Shown in pieces: positions 53,765 through 64,000 of a stretch of DNA of 64,000 nucleotides. The notes beneath the pieces were generated by a model. It worked only from the letters and a program-made list of their open reading frames with translations, was not told where the DNA came from and made no database searches. Numbering within the stretch: position 1 is the stretch's first letter; each line of letters begins with the position of its first letter. The DNA comes from Carcharhinus amblyrhynchos (lineage: Eukaryota): NCBI GenBank assembly GCA_965287045.1, contig OZ336882.1, forward strand, positions 23,188,001-23,252,000, in the 5' to 3' direction. Made by a program: the position numbers and the translations under genes.

Positions 53765-55110
53765 AGGTCACAGAGGTTTCCAGCATGGAAACAGGCGCTT
53801 CAGCCCAACTTATACATGCCACTCTTTTTTTTAAAGAACTAAGCTAGTTCCAATTGCCCACATTTGGCACATATCCCTCTATATCCATCTTACCCATGTA
53901 GCTGTCTAAATGCTTTTTAAAAGACAAAATTGTACCCACCTCTACTACTACCTCTGGCAGCTTGTTCCAGCCACTCACCACCCTCTGTGAAAAAATTGGC
54001 CCTCTGGACACTTTTTTATCTCTTCCCTCTCACCTTAAACCTATGCCCTCTAGTTTTAGACTCCGCTACTTTGGGAAAAGATATTGATTATCTAGCTGAT
54101 CTATGCCCCTCATTATTTTATAGACCTCTATAAGATCACCCCTCAGCCTTCTATGCTCCAGAGAAAAAAGTCCCAGTCTATCAAGCCTCTCCTCATAACT
54201 CAAACTATCAAGTCCTGGTAGCATCCTAGTAAATCTTTTTTGCACTCTTTCTAGTTTAAAAATATATTTTCTATAACAGGATGACCAGAACTGTACACAG
54301 TATTCCAAGTGTGGTGTACCAATGTCCTGTACAACTTCAACAAGATGTCCCAACTCCTGTATTCAATGTTCTGACCAATGAAACCAAGTATATTGAATGC
54401 CTTCTTCACCACTCTGTCCACCTGTGACTCCACTTTCAAGGAGCTATGAACCTGTACCCCTAGATCTCTTTGCTCTGTAGCTCTTCCCAAGTCCTGCCCT
54501 GTTTCAGTCTACCAAAATGCATCACCTTGCATTTGTCTAAATTAAACTCCATCTGCCATTCATCAGCCCACTGGCCCAATTGATCAAGATCCCGTTGCAG
54601 TCCGAGATAACCTTCTTCACTGTCCACTATACCACCAATCTTGGTGTCATCTGCAAACTTACTAACCATGCCTCCTAGATTCTCATCCAAATCATTAATA
54701 TAAGTGGCAAATAACAGTGGACCCAGCACTAATCTCTGAGGCACACCACTGGTCACAGATCTCCAGTCTGAAAAACAACGCTCTACAATCACCCTTTGGC
54801 TTCTGTTGTCAAGCCAACTTTGTATCCATTTAGCTACCTCACCCTGGATCCTGTGAGATTTAACCTTATGGAACAACCTACCATGTGGTACCTTGTCAAA
54901 GGCCTTGCTAAAATCCAGGTAGACAACATCAACTACACTGCCCTCATCTACCTTCTTGGTTACCCCCCTTCAAAAAACTCAATCAAATTTGTGAGACATG
55001 ATTTTCCACTCACAAAGCCATACTGACTGTTCCTAATCAGTCCTTACATTTCTAAATGACTGTAGATCCTGTCTCTCAAAATACCTTCCAACAACTTACC
55101 CACTGCAGAT
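53765..55110 (-). mobile_element. Relatively well preserved CR1 LINE (RT domain to 3' UTR)
   Basis: ORF 54460-54876 VTSGVPQ..LGPLLF.YINDLD..VSKFADDTKIGG..LQRDLD.L..WA..WQMEFN..KCKVMHFG; PHLEYCVQFW; LRGDLIEVYKIM. Confidence 0.92.
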
Positions 55111-56409
55111 GTCAAAGCATTGCCAAAAGCATTATCAGAAGGTACCATCAGATTTATGGCTTGGCCATTTTTGGAAAACCTGATGGAATTAAGTCTGCAG
55201 TGAAACAGTGAAGGTAAATGCCTGTGTTGCAGTGGCATGTCAAATTAGATCATATATTCAGGTCTTGGAATGAATCTTGAACCTGCGGATTTTTAACTCA
55301 GAAGCAATAATGCTACCATATGACACTTAAAATTACCTTTGGTACTGCCCTCTTTTATTTCCCATCAGGAATCTATTTAATAAGTTGGAATTCTTCAGGG
55401 AGGGAAATCTAACACCTGTACCCATTCTGGTCCATATGTGAATCTGGACATAGAGCAACATTGGTTGTCTTTAATAACCTTCTGAAAGTGGCTGAGCAAG
55501 CCACTCCAATGGGAAATTAATAATGGACAATAATTAATGGCCCTGCCCTTAATACCTACATCCCATGAATGAGTTAAACAAAAGTCCTCCACTGTAACTA
55601 GGGATAAAGCTATTTTAGATTTAGTGTTGTGCAATGAAGCAGGGTTGATCAGTAATCTCACATAGATATTATTGATCATAATACCATTGAACCCCACATT
55701 AAGTCTGAAAGTTCCAGTCCAAAACAACCACCTTAAATGTAAACAAAGACAACAACATAGGAATGAGGGGAGTGCTGGCAAAGGTTGATTGGGTAAATAC
55801 ACCAAAAAGTTTGGTGATAAATAAACAGTGGCAAACCTTTAAAGAAATAATTCAAAATGTTCAACAAAAATATATTCCATTAAAAAATAAAAATGCAATA
55901 AGGAAAATCTATCCATGGCTTACTAAAGGAGTTAGATTTTAAAAATGAGACTTGTAATCCTGCAAAAAATAGCAATAAATCTGACGATTGCGGAAGTGGT
56001 TACAAAAACCAACAACTGGCTAACAAAGGTCGATAAAAAGGAAAAAGTAGAATGAAAGTAAATTAGCCAGGAATATAAAAGCAGATTGGAAGAGCTTTCT
56101 CCAGTGAACAAAAAGAGTAGCTGGAGTAATCATTGATAACTTAGAGACAGAGATGAGAACAATTATCAAGGGGAATGGAGAAATTGTGAACAGATATTTT
56201 GTGTCTGTCTTCACAGTAGAAAGCACAAATTGCAAACCAGAAATAAAGCATTTCCAAGTGGCTAACAGGAGTGTGGAAATGAAAGTAATTAATATCAGCA
56301 GGGAAAAAAATACTAGAGAAACGTAAGGGATTAAAATACAACAAATCCCCAGGACTTGATGGCCTATATCCTAGGGTTCTAAAAGGGGTAGCTGCAGTGA
56401 TAGTGAATG

Positions 56410-58966
56410 ATGTGGAGATGCCGGCGTTGGACTGGGGTAAGCACAGTAGGAAGTCTCACAACATCGAGTTAAAGTCCAACGCGTTTATTTGGCAGCACAA
56501 GCTTTTGGAATCTTGATCCTTCATCAGGTGAGTGAGGAGCTGTGTTCACAAACAGGGCATACACAAACTCAAATTACAAGATAATGGCTGGAATGAGAGT
56601 CTTTACAAGTAATCAAGTCTTAAACGTACAGACAATGTGAGTGGAGAGAGGGCCAAGCACAGGTTTAAAAGGTGTGTATTGTCTCCAGTCAGGACAGTTA
56701 ATGAGAGTATGAAAGCCCAGGCATGTCATGGGGGTTACAGATGGTGTTACATGAACCTAAAGTCCCGGTTGAGGCCGTCCTCGTGTATGCGGAACGTAGC
56801 TATCAGTCTCTGCTCAGCGATTCTGCCTTGTCGTGTGTCGTGAAGACTGCCTTGGAGAATGCTTACGCAAAGATCAGAGGCTGAATGCCCGTGACTGCTG
56901 AAGTGGTCCCCGACTGGAAGGGAACATCTTGCCTAGTGATTATCAAGCGGTGTTCATTCAACCGTTGTCATAGCGTTTGCATGGTCTCCCCAATGTGCCA
57001 TGCTACTATGCCTCGGGGCATCCTTTCCTGCAGTGTATCAGGTGGACAACACTGGCTGAGTTGCAAAAGTATGTACTGTGTTCCTTGGGGATGGTGTTCT
57101 CACGTGAGATGATGGCATCTGGGTCGATGATCCGGCACATCTTGCAGAGGTTGCTGTGGCAGGGTTGTGTGGTGTTGTGGTCACTGTTCTCCTGAAGGCT
57201 GGGTAATTTGCTGCAGACAATGGTCTGTTTGAGGTTGTGCGTTGTTTGAAGGCAAGAAGTGGGAGGGCGGGGGTGGCCTTGGCAAGATGTTCACCTTCAT
57301 CAATGACATGTTAAAGGCTCCAGAGAAGATGTCATAGCTTCTCCGCTCTGGGGAAGTACTGGACGACGAAGGGTACTCTGCCCACCATGTCCCATGTTTG
57401 TCTTCCAAGGAGGCTGGTGCGGTTTTTCACTGTGGCACTTCGGAACTGTTGACTGATAAGTCGAGCACTATATCCTGTTCTTGTGAGGGCATCTTTCAGC
57501 GTCTGTAGGTGTCTGTTGTGATCCTCCTCATCTAAGCAGATCCTGTGTATACGAAGGGCTTGTCCATAGGGGATGGCTTCTTTAACGTGTTTAGGGTGGA
57601 AGCTGGAGAAGTGGAGCATCGTGAGGTTATCTGTAGGCTTGTGGTACAGTGAGGTTCTGAGGTGACCATCTTTGATGGAGATGCATGTGTCCGATAATGC
57701 AACCGATTCCTGAGAGTAGTCCATGGTGAGTCTGATGGTGGGCTGGAACTTGTTAATGTCATCAAATGGTTGTTTCAATGATTGTTCACCATGAGTCTGA
57801 AGGAAGAAACATGTCATCAAGGATCTAGTTTATAGCATTGGTCGAAAGACAAACCCTCCATTTACACAGGATCTGCTCAGATGAGGAGGAAGATTGCAAC
57901 AGACACATACAGAAGCTGAAAGACGCCCTCATAAGAACAGGATATGGCGTGCTACTTATCGATCAACATTCCAACATGCCACAGCGAAAAACCGCATACA
58001 CCTCCTCAGAAGACAAACATGGGACAAGGCGGACAGACTACCCTTCATCATCCAGTACTTCCTGGAGCGAAGAAGCTACGACATCTGCTCCGGAGCCTTC
58101 AACATGTCATCGATGAAGACGAACATTTTGCCAAGGCCATCCTGACACCCCCACTTTTTGCCTTCAAACAACTGCACAACCTCAAACAGACTACTGTCCA
58201 CAGCAAATTACCCAGGCTTCTGGAGAACAGTGATCACAACACCACACAACCCTGCCACAGCAACCTCTGAAAGATGTGCCGGAATATTGACATGGATGCC
58301 ATCATCTCATGTGAGAACACCATCCACCAGGTACACAGTACATACCTTGCAACTCGGCCAATGTTGTCTACCTGATAAGTTGCAGGACAGGATGTCCCGA
58401 AGCATAGTACTTTGGGGAGACCGTGCAGGCGCTATAACAACGGATGAATGAACACCGCTTGATAATCACTAGGCAGGAGTGTTCCCTTTCAGTCAGGGAA
58501 TACTTCAGCAGTCACTGGCATTTAGCCTCTGATTTTCAGGTAAGTGTTCTTCAAGGCGGTTTTCACAACATATGAAAATGCAGAGTTGGTGAGCAGAAAC
58601 TGATAGCCAAGTTCCGCACACATGAGGAGGTCTCAACCGGGATCTTGGGTTCATGTCACACAATCTGTAACCCCCACAGCTTGCCCAGGCATGTAAAATC
58701 TCACTAACTGTCCTGGCTGGAGACAATATACATCTCTTTAACCTGTGCTTAACCCTCTCTCCACTCACATTGTCTGTACTTTTAAGACTTGATTACCTGT
58801 AAAGACTCACATTCCAACCATTATGTTGTCGATTGAGTTTGCGTCTGTATATGTCCTGTTTGTGAGCGTAACTCCTCACTCACCTGAAGAAGGCGCGAGA
58901 TTCCGAAAGCTTGTGCTGTCAAATAAACCTTTGGACTTTAACCTGGTGTTGTGAGACTTCTTACTA
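56410..58966. mobile_element. Penelope-like element with two inverted arms (minus arm 56410-57820, plus arm 57850-58966) and a 12-bp TSD
   Basis: RT C-terminus LDDMF...INKFQPTIRLTMDYS...TSLYHKPTD..LHFSSFHPKHVKEAIPYGQALRIHRIC; GIY-YIG remnant SANVVYLISC...YFGET near 58353-58420; tgatagtgaatg at 56398-56409 and 58967-58978. Confidence 0.9.
58881..58915 (+). ncRNA. Minimal type I hammerhead ribozyme motif with intact core in the Penelope pseudo-LTR
   Basis: cac-CTGAAGA-a-gg(cgcgagatt)cc-GAAA-gc-TT-gtg: stem I cac/gtg and a palindromic AAGCTT in place of helix III. The sister copy at 56496-56530 (minus) has GAAA>AAAA. Confidence 0.7.
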
Positions 58967-59162
58967 TGATAGTGAATGCCATTGTTATGATTTTTCAAAA
59001 GTTCCCCAGATATTAGATCAGTCCAGCAGATTGGAAATTAGCAAATGTAATACTGACATTCAAGAAAGGACAGAGAAAACAGGAAACTGCAGGCCAGTTT
59101 GCCTGACATCAATCACAAGGAAAATCTTTGAATCTATTATTAAGCATTATATCCTCAACAAT

Positions 59163-60141
59163 CCAAAAGAGAAAATGATGGAAAGTCTCAACAGGACTGG
59201 CAGCATCTGTAAGGAGAGAAAAGAGCTGATGTTTTGAGTCCAGATAACCCTTTGTCAAAACTCAGAAGAGTTCAAAATCATGTCGACACCAGAATTCATT
59301 GAGGTGGGGACGTAAGGGTACAAAGCTGAGTTGTTCGTCTCAGAGAGGGGAAGGTTGGAGGATATGGTGAATGCACGGCAAGGGCTAGGGCTAGAAGAGT
59401 TGGAGGTCGAGAGATAGGGACTGGTGGAGGGACTGGGATGGGCAGTGATGTTGATAAGCTGTTGAAGCTTGCGTTTCTTAACAGTTGCAAGAAACAGAAA
59501 AAGTTTTTTGTTAAGACATCAAATGATGCAGAGGATGAAATGAAACTGGGGACAGGGACAGCTTTGAGGGAGAGTAAGGCTGTGTTGTCGGAGAGAGATT
59601 TGAGTGTCTTCCTGTGGTGGCGCATGGCAGTGAGTGTGGCTTTCAAGATGCAGTGAGAACAGCAGTTCAAAGAATGTTGTATATCCTGGAGATACCTGTA
59701 ATCCTAGAAGTTACATGTGGGGTGGAATTTGAGTTGAAATTTTCACATGGGGTAAGTCAGAGGTGAAGACAGTTATTGAGGAATGAAATGTGACTGTGGA
59801 TGCGAGTCTTGGTAAATACATTGTCCAACACTAAGAGAGAAATGGAAAGCAGTGAAGGTGGATAGAGGGGGAATGGACATATGGAAATCCTGTTGGAGAG
59901 AAGAGCAGTATTTCTTCAGGGTAGGCATACCTGGAAGTGGAGTGGCAGTGAGTCAAGTATTGGATAAAAGCAAATTACTGTGGATGCTGGAATCTGAAAC
60001 CAAAATACAAAATGCTGAAAAATCTCAGCAGGCCTGGCAGCATCGGTAAGGAGAGAAAAAAGCTGACGTTTTGAGTCCTGATGACTCTTTGTCAAAGCTT
60101 TTCTCTTCTGGTTTCAGATTCCAGAATCCATAGTAATTTGC
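59163..60141 (-). mobile_element. Internally deleted second-family Penelope-like element: direct terminal repeats with hammerhead motifs, N-terminal ORF remnant, short inverted end
   Basis: Repeats 59163-59263 and ~60000-60099; ORF remnant LVLDNVFTKTRIHSHISFLNNCL...QLKFHP...ILKATLTAMRHH; 60100-60143 is an inverted copy of ~59968-60010; flanks ttatatcctcaacaat and ttatatccttaacaat. Confidence 0.75.
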
Positions 60142-61681
60142 TTATATCCTTAACAATGTGCTTAGACAATCATAGCATGATTTTAAAAAGTTAACATGGT
60201 TTTAGTAAACAGAAATAGCATGTGATAAATTTATTTTAGAGTTTGTTGAAGATGTAGTAGGATAAAGGGAAAATGGTAGATGTAGTGTACTTGGATTTCC
60301 AAAAGGCATTCAATAATATGCCAGACAAAAAAAAATGCAAGGTAAAGATTCATGGATTTGGGGGTAATATATTAGTATAGATAGGGGATTGGTCAATGGA
60401 CAGGATTCAAAGAGTAGTGATAAGATGAGCATTTTTAAATTAGCAGTCTGTGACTAGTGGGATACTGCAAGGATTAGCACTGGGGCCTCAGCCAAAGACA
60501 GAGTTATGTATCTAAGTTAGCTAACAATGCAAAGCTAGATGGGAATGTAAACTGAGAGGAGGACACAAAGAAGCTGTAATAAGATCAAGACAGATTAAAT
60601 AGGCAACAAGGAGGCAGATGAAACATAATGGGGGGAAATGTGAGGTTATTCACTGGTAGCAAGAAAGACTTGAAATTTATAAATGCTGACATTCAGATGG
60701 GCTTAGTTGTATTTGTACAAGGCACACAGAAAATAAGTATGCAAGCAATTAGGAAAGCAGATGGCATGTTGGCTTTTATTGCAAGGGAACTGAAGTACAA
60801 GAGTAAGGAAGTTTTGGTAAGTCTGTACCTGCAGCATACTTAAGGAAAGATATGCTCTCATGGGAGATAGTAGAGCAAAAAGGGTGGTCTCTGGGATGAG
60901 AAGGTTCAATTAATTCTACTAATTTATTCCATATATTTATTCATCTTTCCAAAAAAAATGCTGCCTGATTTCCATATTTAGTTACAATTTTTAGGTTGCA
61001 TACTCTCATTTTTTCTTAAATGTGCCATTTTGCCTGAATATGCCTAATCAAATCCTTTCACTATTTTTCTCTGTCTTTCCATGTGCCTCCGAATTTCATT
61101 CTTCAATACTTTTCAGTCTTGATTTCCATAATTCAGAAAAGCTATACCGACAAATCACTGTAAATTTCTGTTTATTGTGGGAAAATTTGAAGAAACACAG
61201 ATAAGGCTATAGGATTAATTGAATAGATTTCAAAGAGACAGTATAAGCCTGATTGACTGAATGGTCTCACTCTTTGTTGAACGATTTCTTAATTCTCTTG
61301 TTTAGCATATTTGGCCTTGTTTTCATATCCTTTCCAATTCTCCACTTTTCCCATTTTTTGTGCAGTTTTAAAAATTTATTTTAACTTAATTAAGTTAAAC
61401 ACTTAGCTCATCTTTGCAGTTGCTTCAGTTACTCTCTGCTAATTCATTAGACATTATAGTTATTGGATGCAGTAGTACAGTGGTTGCGATCCAGAGGTCT
61501 GGGTTAATAGTCCGGAGCAGTGAGTTCAAATCTCACCATCACAAATTGTGAATTTAAATTAAATAAATCTGGAACATAAAGCTAGCTTCAGTAATTATGT
61601 CCATGAAGTTGCTGGACTGCAGCAAAAATTCAACTGTTCACTAATGCTCTTTAAAGGAAGAAGCTTGTCTTCATGATCTAT

Positions 61682-61960
61682 TTAAGTTTAAGTTTATTTG
61701 TTAGTGTCATGAGAAAGCTTACACTGACACTGCAATGAAGTTACTGTGAAAATGCTCTGGTCGCCACACTCCCTCGTTGCGTACACTGAGGGAAAATGTA
61801 GCATGGTCAATGCACTTAACCAGGTATAGTCTTTTGGACTGTGGGAGGAAATCGGAGAACCCGGAGGAAAGCCACAAAGGCAACAATCCAAGTCGGGAAT
61901 CAAGTCTGGGTTCCTGGTCTTGTGAAGCAGCAGTACTAACAACTGCACCATGGTGCCATC
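61682..61960 (-). mobile_element. HE1/V-SINE
   Basis: Same family and tail type as 7592-7890. Confidence 0.8.
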
Positions 61961-63082
61961 CATATTTGGCCTAGATGGCACTACAGACGGACAGCAATGT
62001 GTTTAACTCCTAACTGCTCTCTGAAAAGATGTAGCAAAGAAATACGAAAAGAATAAAACCAGTTAACATTACCTTACACATTGGATTTGGACAAAATAAA
62101 GGCATCCCTGCCAGGGTGACCAACACCCACAGAAACGCTTAAGGGAACTTTGGCATGGGAAACCTGTGCGGGGGGATGTGCATTGACAAACCTGTCGTAT
62201 CAGGCAGCCAGGACTGAACACGCAGGGGCGTCCTGTATATGTGCTAAAGTTAATTTCCTAAGTAATGGAAAAACAGTGTTCCAACCATGTATAACCTAGA
62301 CCACAGAGCAATTACCCCACAGGAGGAGTCCATAAAACCCAGGTTGTTTGGACACACAGCCCATTTTACCCACCCACCCATCAGTATACCTTACTAACAT
62401 CCGGGGACTTGTGCCAAAATCGAGAGAGTTACTCAGCAAACTAGTCAGTCACACTCTCAGAATTATTTGTATCAGCTACAGCTCCAGATTCCTCCATCAC
62501 CATTCCTGATGTACTATTTTACCATGACCTCATCCAGCAAAAGAGGAGATCCACCAGATAAGGTGGAACTGTGGGTATATAATAAAGAGGTGGTCTCTAT
62601 GGGAGACATTAATTGTGACTCTCGTTCCCAAGAGGTCTGATGGCATTATGTCAAGCATGGGAAAGGGAAATATGAGCTGATTGCCATCCAACATTCACCC
62701 TTAGATGATGAATGAACACTAGTTGGAAAGAGAACAAAGAGAAGCAAGTTCACAGAATCTATTCTGGCTGGGAGACTTCAGCATCTATCACTTAAGATTG
62801 GCTCAGTAGTTCTACTAATCATTGTGTTCGTCAAGTTCTGATGAACACAGCTGCCATTCTAGGTGGTGGTGAGGGCACCAACACTAACTTAACCTTGTCC
62901 TCATTTATCTGCTGCAGGTGCATCTGACCACCATAGTATTATTGGAAGTGACCACTACATAGTCCTTGTGTTTGGTGCCTTCATACTGAGGACAGCCTCC
63001 ATTGTGCTGTGTGTACAATTGTGCTAAATGGAATAGATTCAGAACAGATCTAACAGCAGTAAGCTGACCATCCTTTGGGCAC

Positions 63083-63298
63083 TGATTTGATTTATTATTG
63101 TCAAATGTATCGATGTACAATGAAAAGTTTTGTTTATTGCATGCTATACAGACAAAACATAGCGTTCATAGAGAAGGAAAGGAGAGGGTGCAAAATGTAG
63201 TGTTACAGTTATAGCTAAGGTGTAGTGAAAGATCAACTTAATATAAGGTACGTCCATTCAAAAGTCTGATGGCAGCAGGGAAGGAGCTGTTCTTGAGT
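63083..63298 (-). mobile_element. Rex1-type LINE 3' end inserted at the edge of an older LINE endonuclease remnant (~62395-63080 +)
   Basis: gatttgatttattattgtca tail and gaacagctccttccctgctgccatcagac; the upstream remnant has RGGGTVG, LAGRLQHL (LGDFN) and GSDHYIV motifs. Confidence 0.7.
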
Positions 63299-64000
63299 TC
63301 AGGGAGGTATTGGACAATATTTGAAGTCTGGCCTTGATTGAGAGCTTGGGAATCTTAAAAGAAGCCTACCAAGGAGTTAGGAAATTCTGGCATGAGTATT
63401 TTGACATTAGATGCTTTATTACAAAGTTAAGGTGTTTTTGCTGCAGTAATTAATTAACCTTACCACTCCCTCCTGCAAAGGAAAATGGACCCTTACATTG
63501 ATTACTGTTGTGTTGGTGTTGAAGCGTATGGGTTACTTTTCCAATGGGAAAAGTACTATCATACATTCAAAGCTGAAAAAAAAGTGCCTGTAGACCCTAA
63601 TGTCATGATCTAAATGCCTGTGATACCTTGAATTTAGAAAGAAAATATAGTATATGGCTTTCACATAGATAAACTCCCTGACAATTGAAGAACTCTTGGT
63701 GAAACAAGCGATCCTGACAAGTGAATTTCAGACCTGATTTTTATAGTAGGAACATCTCTTGTATAACCCAGCCTCATTATAAGGCTGCCAATAATAAAAG
63801 TAGCTGTTTTTCACCACCTTCAATTATAAGTCTTGCTGTGATAACAGCAACTCTTTAATAAGGCTTCCAAATTTGCCCTGGATGCTGAATTGTTCCTATG
63901 CATCCTCTGTTTTCTGCAGGCACTTCAGATATGTTGCAAATCTCATTATGAAACTAAAATAGTCAACTTCTAGGTGGAATGCTATAATGAGCAGTGCACT

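Larger units (their letters stand above)
55590..60900 (+). mobile_element. Old CR1 LINE host split by two Penelope-like insertions
   Basis: NKSPGLDGLYPRVLKGVAAVIVN ends at 56409 and resumes at 58979 (DWKLANV, TGNCRPVCLTSI), then again at ~60158 (YLDFQKAFN). Confidence 0.8.

Overview
Eukaryotic, repeat-dense vertebrate DNA. The HE1/V-SINE, Deu-SINE, CR1, Rex1 and Penelope repeat content points to a shark, probably a carcharhiniform (inference). The only host gene visible is GABRG2 (GABA-A receptor gamma-2) on the minus strand. It shows the 153-nt M1 exon (13493-13645), the 206-nt M2-M3 exon (3014-3219) and the 24-nt gamma-2L microexon (1932-1955, LLRMFSSK), which the ORF track misses. Everything from 13646 to 64000 appears to be one intron of more than 50 kb: I could not find the preceding exon, and the terminal M4 exon lies left of the window. 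The introns are a mosaic of decayed CR1, Rex1, RTE, L2, Ty3/gypsy, PIF/Harbinger, SINE and Penelope-like elements. The most interesting non-coding signals are two Penelope-like insertions with long target-site duplications nested in one CR1, several minimal hammerhead ribozyme motifs (including a U3:A8 variant pair bracketing a retrozyme-like unit of about 0.84 kb), fold-back hairpins next to splice sites, an old palindrome and a locally templated insertion. Repeat coordinates are approximate (read by eye); exon coordinates were counted base by base.
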